Below, in pieces: positions 1-9,841 of a stretch of DNA of 39,557 nt. Position numbers and translations under genes: made by a program. Below the pieces are notes generated by a model. The model did no database searches, was not told the DNA's origin, and was given only the letters and a program-made list of their open reading frames with translations. The stretch is taken from assembly GCA_964639325.1 (NCBI GenBank), contig CAZXDO010000040.1, positions 1-39,557 on the forward strand. The letters are read 5' to 3'. This DNA comes from an uncultured Candidatus Saccharibacteria bacterium (GTDB taxonomy: Bacteria > Patescibacteriota > Minisyncoccia > UBA6257 > GWB1-50-10). Numbering within the stretch: the stretch's first letter is position 1; each line of letters opens with the position of its first letter.

Positions 1-1
1 T

Positions 2-2803
2 GGTCAAATAAATATAAATTCTGCAAACAATTCTTATTTAAAAGAAATTGTAGGGATTGGCCCAGTTTATGCTCAAAAGATTATTGAGCTTCGTGAAGAG
101 GAATTATTTTGGTCCTTAGACGATCTTGCGCGTATTTCCGGTATAGCTGATACAAAAATATCTCAAATTAAAAAGGAAAATTTGGCCTGTGTGGCCAGTC
201 CTGAAGATTCTACTTTTACACCTTATAAGAAAATTACTTATAGCGGTGGTGGTGGCGGAGGAGACTCTAGTAGCAGTTCTAATGAAAACAATCCTCCCAA
301 TGCCCAATTTTCATACTCTCCGGAATCACCAATAAAAAATACTCAAGTTTCTTTTGACGCCTCATCCTCAACAGATGACAACAAAATAATTTCTTATCAA
401 TGGGATTTTGGTGATGGTGAATCTTCAACGATTTCTAAAGCCACTACTACCCACACTTATATTTCATCAGGCAGTTATCAAGTTAGTTTGACAGTTTTTG
501 ATTCTGAAAACTCTTCTTCAACCGCCACCGAATTAATTTATGTAACTAGTGCTGTTTCAGGCGAGACAGCAAAGCATATTGTTATAAGTGAGGTAATGCC
601 GGGATTAGACGGAGAAGCAGGGAAAGAATGGGTTGAGCTTTATAACCCAACTGAAAACGAAATTAATTTAGCTAACTGGTCTCTTAAGAGAAAGTTAAAT
701 AAAAACACCACCTCTACACAAACTTTAGTAGGAGAAATTGCGGATTCAATAATTCTGCCTAATGGTTTTTATTTAATTAGCAGCCAGGATTACTCAAGTT
801 TAAATTGTGACGAAACTTATAGTCACATTTCTTATCATCTTGCTTATAACGATGATGGAATTATTTTATATAACAATTTAGGAGAAAAGGTTGATGAAAC
901 ATTTTATGATTCTATTCCGGCAGGTAAAAGTTGGGAAAGAAATGCATTTGAAAATAATACTTGTTATTCCGCTCAGGGCAATTACGAATTTAAAGGAAAT
1001 GGCTGTGAAGGATTAAACTCTTTTAGTATTCGTGACAATCCTAATCCTCAAAATTCAAGCAGTTTACCGGAACCGAGAAAAGCTCCGATTTCAAACCAGC
1101 CTTTTTCTATGACCTACGACCCGGAAAAATTAAGAATTTATTTTAATTGGGACGAATATAAAGACTTTTCCGGTTCGGCAAACAGTATTTTGTACGAAAT
1201 AAAAGAATATTCCAGTCCCGGAATAGTAATTTTTAGTTCCACAACACTTAATTATTCAAAAAAAATAAATGAAGTGGGGCGTAATTACAACTTTTCTTTT
1301 CAAGCTTTTGATGTAGATGGGTTAGGATCAGCAATAACAACCTCAACTATTTCGGTCCCAAGCCTTGTTGATAATTTTTATATATACGAAGATCCAAGAC
1401 CCGAATCAAGTAATAATTATTTAGCTGAATTTTATTACCCAGATTATCCATTTATTCCAGACATATATAGAAACAGTGACAATCAAACAAGAAAAATGAT
1501 GGTTGTTTATTTAAACAAGGAGCCGCCTAAAATTAATTCATTCACTTTACAGGGAGGAGGTTATGGATGGAAAAACTTAAATGAAAAAGATGTTATCCAA
1601 ACAAAATTTAGCCATTGCGCCGGGGGAGAGAAAAAAGAAAAAGCTATTTTATTACCCGACATTTCAAGCCTTTGCACAAATAGCGGAACTGCCAGTGCTT
1701 ATTCTTTAAATTATGACGATTACGGTTTAGGTGAAGACAATCACATTCTTATCAAACTTGCCAGTTCCACAAGTGATATAAATTTTAATAACCAAGACTA
1801 TTTTACCCTTTCGTTCTATGGTTATCGAGAGTCTCGTTCTGGACGAAATTATTTTGATCTAGTGGCGGTTGATAAGAAAAAGTATTTCTTTCAAGAAACA
1901 AACCCGGAACACGAAGCGCCATTTTTAGGTGATTTAAATATTAATTTTGACGGAGTTTCAAACCTTAATATTAATTGGCCGATAGTTACAGACCCGGACA
2001 CTGTTGATTTTCAAATAAATTACGAGATTAATTTTATTGATATTTCAAATTCTTCATCAACTGAATTTAATAACGAAAATTGGGAAAGTAACGGAAACAG
2101 AACTTTCTATACTAAAAATGTATCTCCCGGTAAAACTTATTTCATCGGGGTTAGGGCTAGAGATGATTTTAATAATTATTCTGACGTTTCTACCACAACC
2201 TGGTCTTACCCACCATCTTTAGTTGTTTTTAAACAAGAAGAGATAAATGATTGGACAGATGGTACAGATTCTTGGGGAAGAGTAAATAAGGTTTCAGGAG
2301 AAGCTAATAAAGCCAGTTTCCAAAGCTTAAAATTTTTTAAAGATATATCTTTTGATAAGGCAGCGGTAAAAATAAAACAATTAGATACTATTCATACCTA
2401 CGATTCAAATATAAGATTATCTGTTTTAAAAAGTACCAGCACCGGTCCTGATTTTGATAATGTTTTAGCCAACTCGGTCAGAAGTAATATTTTAAAACCT
2501 GATTTTGAAGAAGATTTTATTTTTTCATTTAATAATCCGGTAAATTTACAAGCAAATGAAGAACATTGGTTTGTTTTAGATGTTTCTAGCGGAGGATATG
2601 CAGACAAAGGGTATTTTAATAACGAATGGGCCAATGCCGTGAAGAAGGGAAATGTTTATCAAAACGGGGAGGCAGGAACAGGCCGTTATAAAGGGAAAAA
2701 TAGCAATTGTTCAGATATTTCGGACGGCTTAAACCAATGCAGTTTTGATGGTAATTATCATCTCGGTCCTGCTGACTGGTATTTAAAACTATTTTCCGAT
2801 TGA
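2..2803 (+). CDS. 5'-truncated surface/competence protein: ComEA-like helix-hairpin-helix + PKD + lamin-tail (LTD) + FN3-like domains
   Basis: The frame is open from base 2, upstream of the listed TTG at 182, and reads GQININSANNSYLKEIVGIGPVYAQKIIELR...DDLARISGI (ComEA HhH). It is followed by PKD (YQWDFGDG) and LTD (VISEVMP...EWVELYNPT...NLANWSL) motifs. Confidence 0.8.
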   Translation, partial: GQININSANNSYLKEIVGIGPVYAQKIIELREEELFWSLDDLARISGIADTKISQIKKENLACVASPEDSTFTPYKKITYSGGGGGGDSSSSSNENNPPNAQFSYSPESPIKNTQVSFDASSSTDDNKIISYQWDFGDGESSTISKATTTHTYISSGSYQVSLTVFDSENSSSTATELIYVTSAVSGETAKHIVISEVMPGLDGEAGKEWVELYNPTENEINLANWSLKRKLNKNTTSTQTLVGEIADSIILPNGFYLISSQDYSSLNCDETYSHISYHLAYNDDGIILYNNLGEKVDETFYDSIPAGKSWERNAFENNTCYSAQGNYEFKGNGCEGLNSFSIRDNPNPQNSSSLPEPRKAPISNQPFSMTYDPEKLRIYFNWDEYKDFSGSANSILYEIKEYSSPGIVIFSSTTLNYSKKINEVGRNYNFSFQAFDVDGLGSAITTSTISVPSLVDNFYIYEDPRPESSNNYLAEFYYPDYPFIPDIYRNSDNQTRKMMVVYLNKEPPKINSFTLQGGGYGWKNLNEKDVIQTKFSHCAGGEKKEKAILLPDISSLCTNSGTASAYSLNYDDYGLGEDNHILIKLASSTSDINFNNQDYFTLSFYGYRESRSGRNYFDLVAVDKKKYFFQETNPEHEAPFLGDLNINFDGVSNLNINWPIVTDPDTVDFQINYEINFIDISNSSSTEFNNENWESNGNRTFYTKNVSPGKTYFIGVRARDDFNNYSDVSTTTWSYPPSLVVFKQEEINDWTDGTDSWGRVNKVSGEANKASFQSLKFFKDISFDKAAVKIKQLDTIHTYDSNIRLSVLKSTSTGPDFDNVLANSVRSNILKPDFEEDFIFSFNNPVNLQANEEHWFVLDVSSGGYADKGYFNNEWANAVKKGNVYQNGEAGTGRYKGKNSNCSDISDGLNQCSFDGNYHLGPADWYLKLFSD

Positions 2804-2830
2804 TTAAAAGACTTTTTAACCTATTTATTT

Positions 2831-2871
2831 CAACTTGGGGGTTCCCGACACCCCCAAGTTGTTGTGGATAA
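2831..2871 (+). repeat. REP-like palindrome copy 1 + TGTGGATAA
   Basis: CAACTTGGGGG-TTCCCGACA-CCCCCAAGTTG-TTGTGGATAA. Confidence 0.95.
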
Positions 2872-2934
2872 GTCTAAATATTAATGAACCTCCGTAGGTT
2901 TTTTAGCTAATGCAAATAGGTGTAAATTAAATAT

Positions 2935-2970
2935 AAAAAAAGCGGCTTTATTTATTAAAAAAAGCCGCTA
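2935..2970. terminator. Probable intrinsic terminator for the minus-strand gene ending at 3060
   Basis: AGCGGCTTT...AAAGCCGCT inverted repeat with an A-run on the left, between convergent genes. Confidence 0.55.
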
Positions 2971-3059
2971 AAGTTCCTTATTTTTTTGTGAACGGGTTTT
3001 ACTTGCGAGGCATAATATTCTGCCTTTTCTTAAATTTTTAGCATAAAGGTAAAAAAAGT

Positions 3060-3749
3060 TCATTGAACATCTGTTACCTTATCGTCAACAAGGGTAATTT
3101 TTATATCCTCGTATACTAAAATTTTCTTCGAACCGAGATCAATAGTCTTCTCAGGAATATCAAAAATCTCAACAACTTGTTCAGATGACATACCTAAAGA
3201 AATCGTTTTTGTGGATGATGCAACATCCTCTTCCGGTTTTAGCCATACATAAATATCGTCTAAGATACTTTCAGCAGATAAACCATCAATACCGCTTTCA
3301 TATTGAAACTTAACAAACAGTTCATATGGTTGCGACTGTGTTGTACCTTTTTTAACTACATCAAAAGTTTCAACTGTTCCCATGGATAAATTTACAAAGT
3401 CTTTTCTAATTTTCACTCCGTAAAGATAAAGCCGTTCTCCAACTTTTAACGTACGTCCGGATCCTTCAGAAAATATTCCACCGCCACCTTCAGATACTAA
3501 GTCATTGTTTTCAATTACCGATACTACCTTAACCATTTTTGGTGGATCAGCTCGTAATCCTTCTTTCTGAATTACCAAGACTGTTCCGCGTTCTTTAATT
3601 CGAAGACTGAGGTTTCGTGTTGTTAACTTAAAGCGATTGGTAATAGCAGTTTCAAGCGAATCTGGGCTTACTGCCCGTGCAGGAATAACAATTATTGCTA
3701 TTATGCTCATTGTTATTATTAATCTGAAATACAAAATTAGTCTTTTCAT
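3060..3749 (-). CDS. Secreted hypothetical protein with C-terminal SmpA/BamE-like domain
   Basis: Likely start MKRLIL at 3749 after a G-rich RBS; signal peptide ending ARA; C-terminal ISLGMSSEQVVEIFDIP...VDDKVTDVQ resembles the SmpA_OmlA pattern. Confidence 0.6.
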   Translation of the reverse strand: MKRLILYFRLIITMSIIAIIVIPARAVSPDSLETAITNRFKLTTRNLSLRIKERGTVLVIQKEGLRADPPKMVKVVSVIENNDLVSEGGGGIFSEGSGRTLKVGERLYLYGVKIRKDFVNLSMGTVETFDVVKKGTTQSQPYELFVKFQYESGIDGLSAESILDDIYVWLKPEEDVASSTKTISLGMSSEQVVEIFDIPEKTIDLGSKKILVYEDIKITLVDDKVTDVQ

Positions 3750-3879
3750 TTTCCTTCCCCCCATATTAAGTTATTAATATACTAATTTATTTATATTATT
3801 ATTACATTTTTTTTATTAAAATGTCAAATAATTATACAAAACGACCGATATAATGAAATGTTATCAATATGGTTATTTT

Positions 3880-3920
3880 CAACATGGGGGTTCCCGACAC
3901 CCCCAAGTTGTTGTGGATAA
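3880..3920 (+). repeat. REP-like palindrome copy 2 + TGTGGATAA
   Basis: CAACATGGGGGTTCCCGACACCCCCAAGTTGTTGTGGATAA. Confidence 0.95.
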
Positions 3921-3952
3921 GCCCGGTTGATTTTTAAGAGGCGTTTATTGAT

Positions 3953-3981
3953 TTGACTAAATCAATATTATTTTGTAGTAT
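3953..3981 (+). promoter_or_regulatory. Putative sigma70 promoter
   Basis: TTGACT-17 nt-TAGTAT upstream of RBS GAAAGGAG and ATG 4028. Confidence 0.5.
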
Positions 3982-4027
3982 ATTATCAGTAGAAACTTAA
4001 AAAATAAATAAAGAAAGGAGTTTAGTA

Positions 4028-5083
4028 ATGAAAAAATTAGTAATTTTTCTGGCATTGATGATTTTCCCGTTTTTTGCTTTTACTGCAACTAACTGGATTG
4101 TCGTAGCCGGCTTTAGCCCCGGATCGGCTGTTATTCCTGAAGAAGGAAAAGAATCGCTTGCGGAATTAGTTGAAAATCAAGACCCGGAAGGTAAAGTAAT
4201 CCGAATAATTGGTTTAGCCGACACTCTTCACTGGAATAGTAAATCTTTTTCAGAAGGTGAAGTTGCAGATACTACCTTAGCTTATAAAAGAGCAGAGGCA
4301 GTGGCTTTATTTTACGAAAGTCTTGGCTGGCAAACTGAAATTATCTCAATTCAAAATTTTATTCCGAGATACCGAGGTCATCGAGGAGTACAAATTCAAT
4401 TGGCTGAAAAAGACGTGCCTTTAATTAGAAGAGGCGCTTCCTCAGAAAGAGTAGGAGATTTGATTTTGAAGGTTACTTCTAAATCAGGTGATTCTATAAA
4501 ATCTGAAGAACATAAAATTTCTGCCGATGAATTAATTAAGGATTGGGAAGATGGTGATCCGGCCGTAAGGGAGATTATTTTTAATGTTCCCGTTGATACT
4601 ACTAAGAACGACACTCTTAGCCCTAAAACAGTTTTTGCTGGTCCAAAAGTAAATTGGACTTTCAATGCTGGCCTTAGAGCCTGGAGCGCTGGTTCGCCCT
4701 GGGATTTATTAACACCGGTCGCAGGCTTTGGCTTGTATAAAGACAATTGGGGAATTTCTCTTGGGGGCGGTTTTACGCCTTGGGAGAGAACTGATCCTTT
4801 AGGGAATCGTAAAGATGCATTAGTTTATGCAGAACTAACTAGTCCTTGGCCCAAAGGCCCCGTTAATCTTAAAGGCGGTTTTATGGCTGGTTGGGAATTT
4901 TTTTCCGAATCAGATAACTGGACGATGAAAGTTTTAAGTCCTTTTTTAGGACTAAGTTATCAATGGAAAATGCTTGAAGCATCGCTTTTTTACTCTCCCG
5001 CAAAGGTAAGTTCGTTAACGGAGGAATCTAGTTGGAAGCACGGAGTGATGATTAGTTTTAATGTTTTAATTGGAAATGAATAA
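4028..5083 (+). CDS. Secreted protein with N-terminal OmpA-like domain and C-terminal beta-barrel-like region
   Basis: Signal peptide; FSPGSAVI...IRIIGLAD...LAYKRAEAV resembles OmpA_C; the C-terminal half has Gly/aromatic alternating strands ending WKHGVMISFNVL. Confidence 0.55.
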   Translation: MKKLVIFLALMIFPFFAFTATNWIVVAGFSPGSAVIPEEGKESLAELVENQDPEGKVIRIIGLADTLHWNSKSFSEGEVADTTLAYKRAEAVALFYESLGWQTEIISIQNFIPRYRGHRGVQIQLAEKDVPLIRRGASSERVGDLILKVTSKSGDSIKSEEHKISADELIKDWEDGDPAVREIIFNVPVDTTKNDTLSPKTVFAGPKVNWTFNAGLRAWSAGSPWDLLTPVAGFGLYKDNWGISLGGGFTPWERTDPLGNRKDALVYAELTSPWPKGPVNLKGGFMAGWEFFSESDNWTMKVLSPFLGLSYQWKMLEASLFYSPAKVSSLTEESSWKHGVMISFNVLIGNE

Positions 5084-5094
5084 GGAGGATAGAA

Positions 5095-6402
5095 ATGAAA
5101 AAATTAGTTATTCCAATAATTTTTCTTTTGAGTATTATGGGTTGCTCTAAAGCACCTTTTGATATACCCGAAGAAGAATTACCAAAGGAAATTTCATTTA
5201 TTGTTGAAGCAGTAGATGAAAAAGGAGACGAAATCATCGGTGCAGAAATTTTACTTGATACTGTAAAAATTGGAGAAACTCCGTTTCAAGGCAATGTTAG
5301 CCGAGGCAGTCACGTAATATTAGTTCGTAAACCAGGTTTTAAGGTTTATAGAAACAGATTTATCGTGACTACGGAAAGTTCTATTACTGAATATGCAGTA
5401 CTTGAAAAAATAGAAGCTGATGATGAAGAGTCGGAAATGATCCCGGTTTATGTAAAAGTAAACCAAGAAGCTCAGATCAAAATTTCCGGAGTTGAAGGAA
5501 ATGAATTGTTGGTAGATACAACAAGTATGGAATTATACATATCCTTAGAAGTTGGTATCTATAATCTTGAAGTGTCGGCAGAAGGTTTTTTACCCTTTGC
5601 CGAAAGTTTTGTTTTGGAATCCGGAAAATCAAAGACTTTTAATGTTCACCTTGAAAAAGAGGAAGAAATTGAAGAAATACCTCCTCCCACCGTCACAGTC
5701 AATGCAGTTGATACGGTGGAAGTTAACGAAGGAGCTTTTATTGAATGGAGTTCGACTGATGCAGATGAGATCAGTTCAAACTTTATGATGAATATGCCCT
5801 TCAATGGAAGTACTTATATTTCTTTCAGTGATCCCGGAGAGAAGGTAATGGAAGTTACGGTTTCAAACCAAGCAGGTTCAGAAACTGCTGCTGCCACTAT
5901 CTTTGTCAAAGAAGCAGAAGAGATTGAAGAAGAGGAAGAAGAGGAAGAAGAAGAGCCGGATAATAACTCAGGAATAATCACAATTCCTGTAGATGTTTTT
6001 GTAGCTGCCAGCGAAGATTTGCAGGTAGTTCATGAAGCAGCTGCTGTTACCATCGAAGAATCCGGTTATTACAGAATAACGGCTACGGTTGAGTACGACG
6101 GTAACGGAGAGAAAAACGAAAGTTATTTTCTTCAAGTCAGAAATCCTGAAGGTAATATTAATGTTCCTGAGAACCCAAATCTTTTAGATCTCTACAAGAT
6201 TGTGGAAGATGATGGAATAAACTCGGTTCATAAAGCCGAAAGATATTCCGGAATTTTTCAATGTTTTCAAGGAATAAATTACCTTGAACTCCATCACTAT
6301 TTTGAAATCGCCTATAACCACCCCGATTTCAAAAACGGTGACTTTAACGAAGATTCAGTAAGAATTACCAAGTTCAAGCTTGAATGGGCAGGCGAACTTT
6401 GA
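5095..6402 (+). CDS. Acidic lipoprotein with PEGA domain(s)
   Basis: Lipobox LSIMGC; GAEILLD..KIGETP...GSHVILVRKPGF is PEGA-like; poly-Glu linker; RBS AAGGAGG. Confidence 0.7.
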   Translation: MKKLVIPIIFLLSIMGCSKAPFDIPEEELPKEISFIVEAVDEKGDEIIGAEILLDTVKIGETPFQGNVSRGSHVILVRKPGFKVYRNRFIVTTESSITEYAVLEKIEADDEESEMIPVYVKVNQEAQIKISGVEGNELLVDTTSMELYISLEVGIYNLEVSAEGFLPFAESFVLESGKSKTFNVHLEKEEEIEEIPPPTVTVNAVDTVEVNEGAFIEWSSTDADEISSNFMMNMPFNGSTYISFSDPGEKVMEVTVSNQAGSETAAATIFVKEAEEIEEEEEEEEEEPDNNSGIITIPVDVFVAASEDLQVVHEAAAVTIEESGYYRITATVEYDGNGEKNESYFLQVRNPEGNINVPENPNLLDLYKIVEDDGINSVHKAERYSGIFQCFQGINYLELHHYFEIAYNHPDFKNGDFNEDSVRITKFKLEWAGEL

Positions 6403-6414
6403 TAATTTTGCTAC

Positions 6415-6443
6415 AAGCCCTCCTTTCTAAAAGGAGGGTTTTT
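6415..6443 (+). terminator. Intrinsic terminator
   Basis: CCCTCCTTT-CTA-AAAGGAGGG followed by a T-run, just after the stop at 6402. Confidence 0.75.
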
Positions 6444-6482
6444 ACTTGACATTTTTCTAAAATTATGTAAACTTATACCATT

Positions 6483-9041
6483 ATGAATATTTTAAAGAAA
6501 ACCACAATAATAGTTTCTATACTAGCTTTAACAGCCGTATTAGTTCCTAGCTTTGTTTTTGCTGGGAATACTTCAGTTTATTTTTCTGATTACTTACAGA
6601 CTAAAAATAATCCAGATGGCCACAAAAGTTATATAAGTAAAATTTTTGACCTCTCTTATGATGCCGATTATGAAGTTAAAGTATATTATAGGGCAAATTC
6701 AGGATCTAACGAAAAGTATGAAGAATTTAATGTATATGTAGACGGTTCTTTAATTGGTAAAGCTACTGATCCAAATGAAGGAGATGATTTTGAAAACAAA
6801 AGCCTTGGGACTCATAATTTTAATAGCGGAAGACACACTCTTAAGGTAGAGCACGCTCATAGTTACAGCCAAGTAGGCAACCAAAGTGTTTTTCCTTTAG
6901 AAGTTTCCTTTTCAAAAGAAAGCCAATCTCAACCTTCTTCCACCAACAATCCTCCCACAGCCAATGCCGGATCAAACAAACAAGTCAACGAAGGAAATCA
7001 AGTCACCTTACACGGTTCTGCCAGTGATCCTGACGGTGACTCTCTCTCATACAGCTGGTCATGCAACGGAGGCTACATCTCCAACATCTATTCTCTCAAC
7101 CCAACTTTCAACGCTCCTCAAGTGTCAGAAGACACTACATACATCTGTACCCTCAAGGTTACAGACTCCAACGGCTCCAAAGACTATGATACTGTAGCAA
7201 TTTCGGTTATTGATACGGACTATGACCAAGTTGACCTTCCTCAAGTTGTTACTAGATCAGCTTACAACGTAGAAGAAGACGGAGCTTTATTGAGAGGTTA
7301 CTTGGAAGATTTAGGAGAAGATTCCAGCGTTGAGGTTTGGTTTGAATGGGGGAGAACTACTTCATACGGATACGAAACCTCTAAAATGAATCGTTATAAT
7401 ACGGGCAGTTTTGATTGGAATTTAAATGGTTTGAATGATGATACCACATATCATTTCAGAGCAGTGGCAAGAAATGACGCAGGAATAGACAGAGGAAAAG
7501 ATATGTACTTTACCACCGATTCTTCATGGAGTGACCAAAATAATCGCCCTACAGCCGACGCAGGATCAGATAAGTATATTGACGAAGGAGATTCAGTCAC
7601 TTTACACGGTTCTGCCAGTGATCCTGACGGCGATCACTTAACTTATTTCTGGAGTTGTGATGATGGTTATCTTTCTAATCGTTATTCTCTATATCCAAAA
7701 TTTTATGCTCCGGACAATGTTTCAAGAGATACCGATATATCTTGTAGTTTGGAAGTTACGGACGAACATGGTCTTTCCGATTCAGATTATATAGATATTG
7801 AAGTAAGAGATAGAGATGAAATAGAATCTCCTGAAGTAGATACCTTAAATCCAAGAGATGTTGAGGAAGATAGAGCTGAACTAAGAGGTGATCTTGAAGA
7901 TTTAGGAGACGATTCCAGCGTTGAGGTTTGGTTTGAGTGGGGAAGAACCTCTTCTCTTGGTAATAGAACAAGCAGATCAACAGAAAGAGACGAAGGGAGA
8001 TTTTCTCAAAAGATTTATAATCTTGATCCCGATGAAACTTATTATTACCGCGCCATAGCAAGAAATGACAGAGGAACCGATTATGGACCCGTTGTTAAAT
8101 TTGAAACAGAAGGAACAGAGAAAGAATGGGGAAACAACGCTCCAGCCGTAAGTGCCGGGGCACATAAAGATATTTATGAAGGCCAATCTGTTACTTTAGA
8201 TGGTTATGCCGTTGATTCGGATGGTTACATTATTTCTAGAAATTGGAGTTGTACCGGCGGAACTTTAAGCCGGAGCGATGTAGATAAACCAATATTTTAC
8301 GCTCCTCAAGTTTCTAAAAACCAGTACTTTACTTGTGTCTTTTCTGCTACAGATAATGACGGGCTTAAAAGATCTGACGTTACCGCTGTGCTTGTTAGAA
8401 ACGAAACAGGAGGTTACCAAGAACCAATAGTGATACCTAGCAGCGGCGGAGACGAAGACTTAATAACTCTTGATAAATTAGTTAGAAACATAACCAGAGG
8501 GTCAAAAGAATGGAGTACAGATAGAATTGAAGCAGCTCCTTCTGATGAATTAGAATTTATGATTAGAGTAGCTTCTGTTTCTGACGACGTTGTTAGAGAT
8601 ATTGTTATTAGAGACAATATGCAAGCCGGTATTATCTACAAAGGAGATTTAACAGTTGACGGAAGATCTGATTTCAGAAATTTGGCAGAGAGTGACATTG
8701 ATATAGGAGACCTTTCTTCTGACGATACAAGAACAATTATTTTCTCAGCAGAATTGGAATCCGAATACTTCTTTGAAAGAAATGATAAAAATGTTTCTAA
8801 TACAGTATTAGCTTATAACAGCGAAGATTCCCAAACCGACATGGTGGTTATAGAAGTAGGAGATAAAGGTTCTTTCTTCGCCGCCCTTATTGGCAGCATA
8901 ACAAATATACCTTTCCTAGATTTTCTTATCTTGCTTCTCATTATCTGTATTATTCTCGTTCTTGTTGTTTGGTTAATGAATAAGTATTGGATTAAACCAG
9001 AAAGAAGAAAGGAAGAAGAAGTTAAACCAACTTTCTCCTAG
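6483..9041 (+). CDS. Large membrane-anchored surface protein (3 PKD/REJ-like repeats, 2 FN3-like repeats, DUF11-like domain, C-terminal TM)
   Basis: Signal peptide; NNPPTANAG/NNRPTADAG/NNAPAVSAG repeats; two LRGxLEDLGxDSSVEVWFEWGRT repeats; hydrophobic C-terminal helix. Confidence 0.75.
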   Translation: MNILKKTTIIVSILALTAVLVPSFVFAGNTSVYFSDYLQTKNNPDGHKSYISKIFDLSYDADYEVKVYYRANSGSNEKYEEFNVYVDGSLIGKATDPNEGDDFENKSLGTHNFNSGRHTLKVEHAHSYSQVGNQSVFPLEVSFSKESQSQPSSTNNPPTANAGSNKQVNEGNQVTLHGSASDPDGDSLSYSWSCNGGYISNIYSLNPTFNAPQVSEDTTYICTLKVTDSNGSKDYDTVAISVIDTDYDQVDLPQVVTRSAYNVEEDGALLRGYLEDLGEDSSVEVWFEWGRTTSYGYETSKMNRYNTGSFDWNLNGLNDDTTYHFRAVARNDAGIDRGKDMYFTTDSSWSDQNNRPTADAGSDKYIDEGDSVTLHGSASDPDGDHLTYFWSCDDGYLSNRYSLYPKFYAPDNVSRDTDISCSLEVTDEHGLSDSDYIDIEVRDRDEIESPEVDTLNPRDVEEDRAELRGDLEDLGDDSSVEVWFEWGRTSSLGNRTSRSTERDEGRFSQKIYNLDPDETYYYRAIARNDRGTDYGPVVKFETEGTEKEWGNNAPAVSAGAHKDIYEGQSVTLDGYAVDSDGYIISRNWSCTGGTLSRSDVDKPIFYAPQVSKNQYFTCVFSATDNDGLKRSDVTAVLVRNETGGYQEPIVIPSSGGDEDLITLDKLVRNITRGSKEWSTDRIEAAPSDELEFMIRVASVSDDVVRDIVIRDNMQAGIIYKGDLTVDGRSDFRNLAESDIDIGDLSSDDTRTIIFSAELESEYFFERNDKNVSNTVLAYNSEDSQTDMVVIEVGDKGSFFAALIGSITNIPFLDFLILLLIICIILVLVVWLMNKYWIKPERRKEEEVKPTFS

Positions 9042-9079
9042 AGTTTATTTCTCTCTAATAATTATTTGAAATACGGAAC

Positions 9080-9102
9080 AAGCCCAAATTATGGGCTTTT
9101 TT
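9080..9102 (+). terminator. Intrinsic terminator
   Basis: AAGCCCA-AATTA-TGGGCTT followed by a T-run. Confidence 0.6.
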
Positions 9103-9124
9103 CGTATTTTGATATAATGAATTT

Positions 9125-9319
9125 ATGAAAACTTTTATTTGTAAAAATTGCGGGGCTAGGTTTACCGGCAAAGATGTTGAAAGTTTTTATGGTAACAGTG
9201 GTTTTAGATGCCCTAAATGCGGTAAAAGAAATGCAGAGATTTTTGAAGAAAGAAATTTTAGAAAGAAGAAATGGAAAACTTTTGGGGAACTGCTTTTTCC
9301 AGAAAGTTCTAATAAATAA
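9125..9319 (+). CDS. Small zinc-ribbon protein
   Basis: CKNCG and CPKCG pairs; TG-A-TATAAT 6 nt upstream of the ATG. Confidence 0.65.
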   Translation: MKTFICKNCGARFTGKDVESFYGNSGFRCPKCGKRNAEIFEERNFRKKKWKTFGELLFPESSNK

Positions 9320-9329
9320 ATGAAATTAA

Positions 9330-9596
9330 ATGGCTAATATTACAATAATCAAAAGAGAGGAAAACAAGAACGGTTGGGAGTTTAACGTAAACGTAGACGG
9401 TCTGATTTTTGAAGTTAATCTTGATAAAGATTATTACGAAAAATTAACTAATAACCATATATCGCCGAATTCTTTAGTTATAAAATCATTTGAGTTTTTA
9501 TTAAGAAAGGAAAGTAAAGAATCAATTCTAAAAAGTTTTAATCTTAAAGATATTAATAAATATTTCCCGGGATACGAAAGAGAAGTAAATTTATAG
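9330..9596 (+). CDS. Hypothetical protein
   Basis: 88-aa ORF in operon-like spacing. Confidence 0.65.
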   Translation: MANITIIKREENKNGWEFNVNVDGLIFEVNLDKDYYEKLTNNHISPNSLVIKSFEFLLRKESKESILKSFNLKDINKYFPGYEREVNL

Positions 9597-9622
9597 AAAT
9601 CTTAACTATTACTATTTTTTAG

Positions 9623-9838
9623 ATGAAAATTGAAGTTTATGTAAAAACAAATGCCCGAGAAGAAAAATTAGAGAAAATATCAGAAAATCAATACAAGGCA
9701 TGGGTTAAAGAAGAACCTAAAGAAAATAAAGCCAATTTCGCCGTTATCAAACTTCTTTCCAAATGTTTTAAAACCCCACCTTCATTAATAAAGCTTTTGC
9801 GTGGAACCAAAGGAAAAAATAAGTTATTTGAAATTTAG
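9623..9838 (+). CDS. DUF167 (YggU/UPF0235) family protein
   Basis: VYVKTNAR...P.ENKANFAVIKLLSK...LLRG..GKNK pattern. Confidence 0.85.
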   Translation: MKIEVYVKTNAREEKLEKISENQYKAWVKEEPKENKANFAVIKLLSKCFKTPPSLIKLLRGTKGKNKLFEI

Positions 9839-9841
9839 ATA

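Noticed and set aside
6935-7790. DGR template/variable repeat pair
   Set aside because: The differences include many C/T synonymous changes rather than adenine-only changes, and there is no reverse transcriptase in the window.
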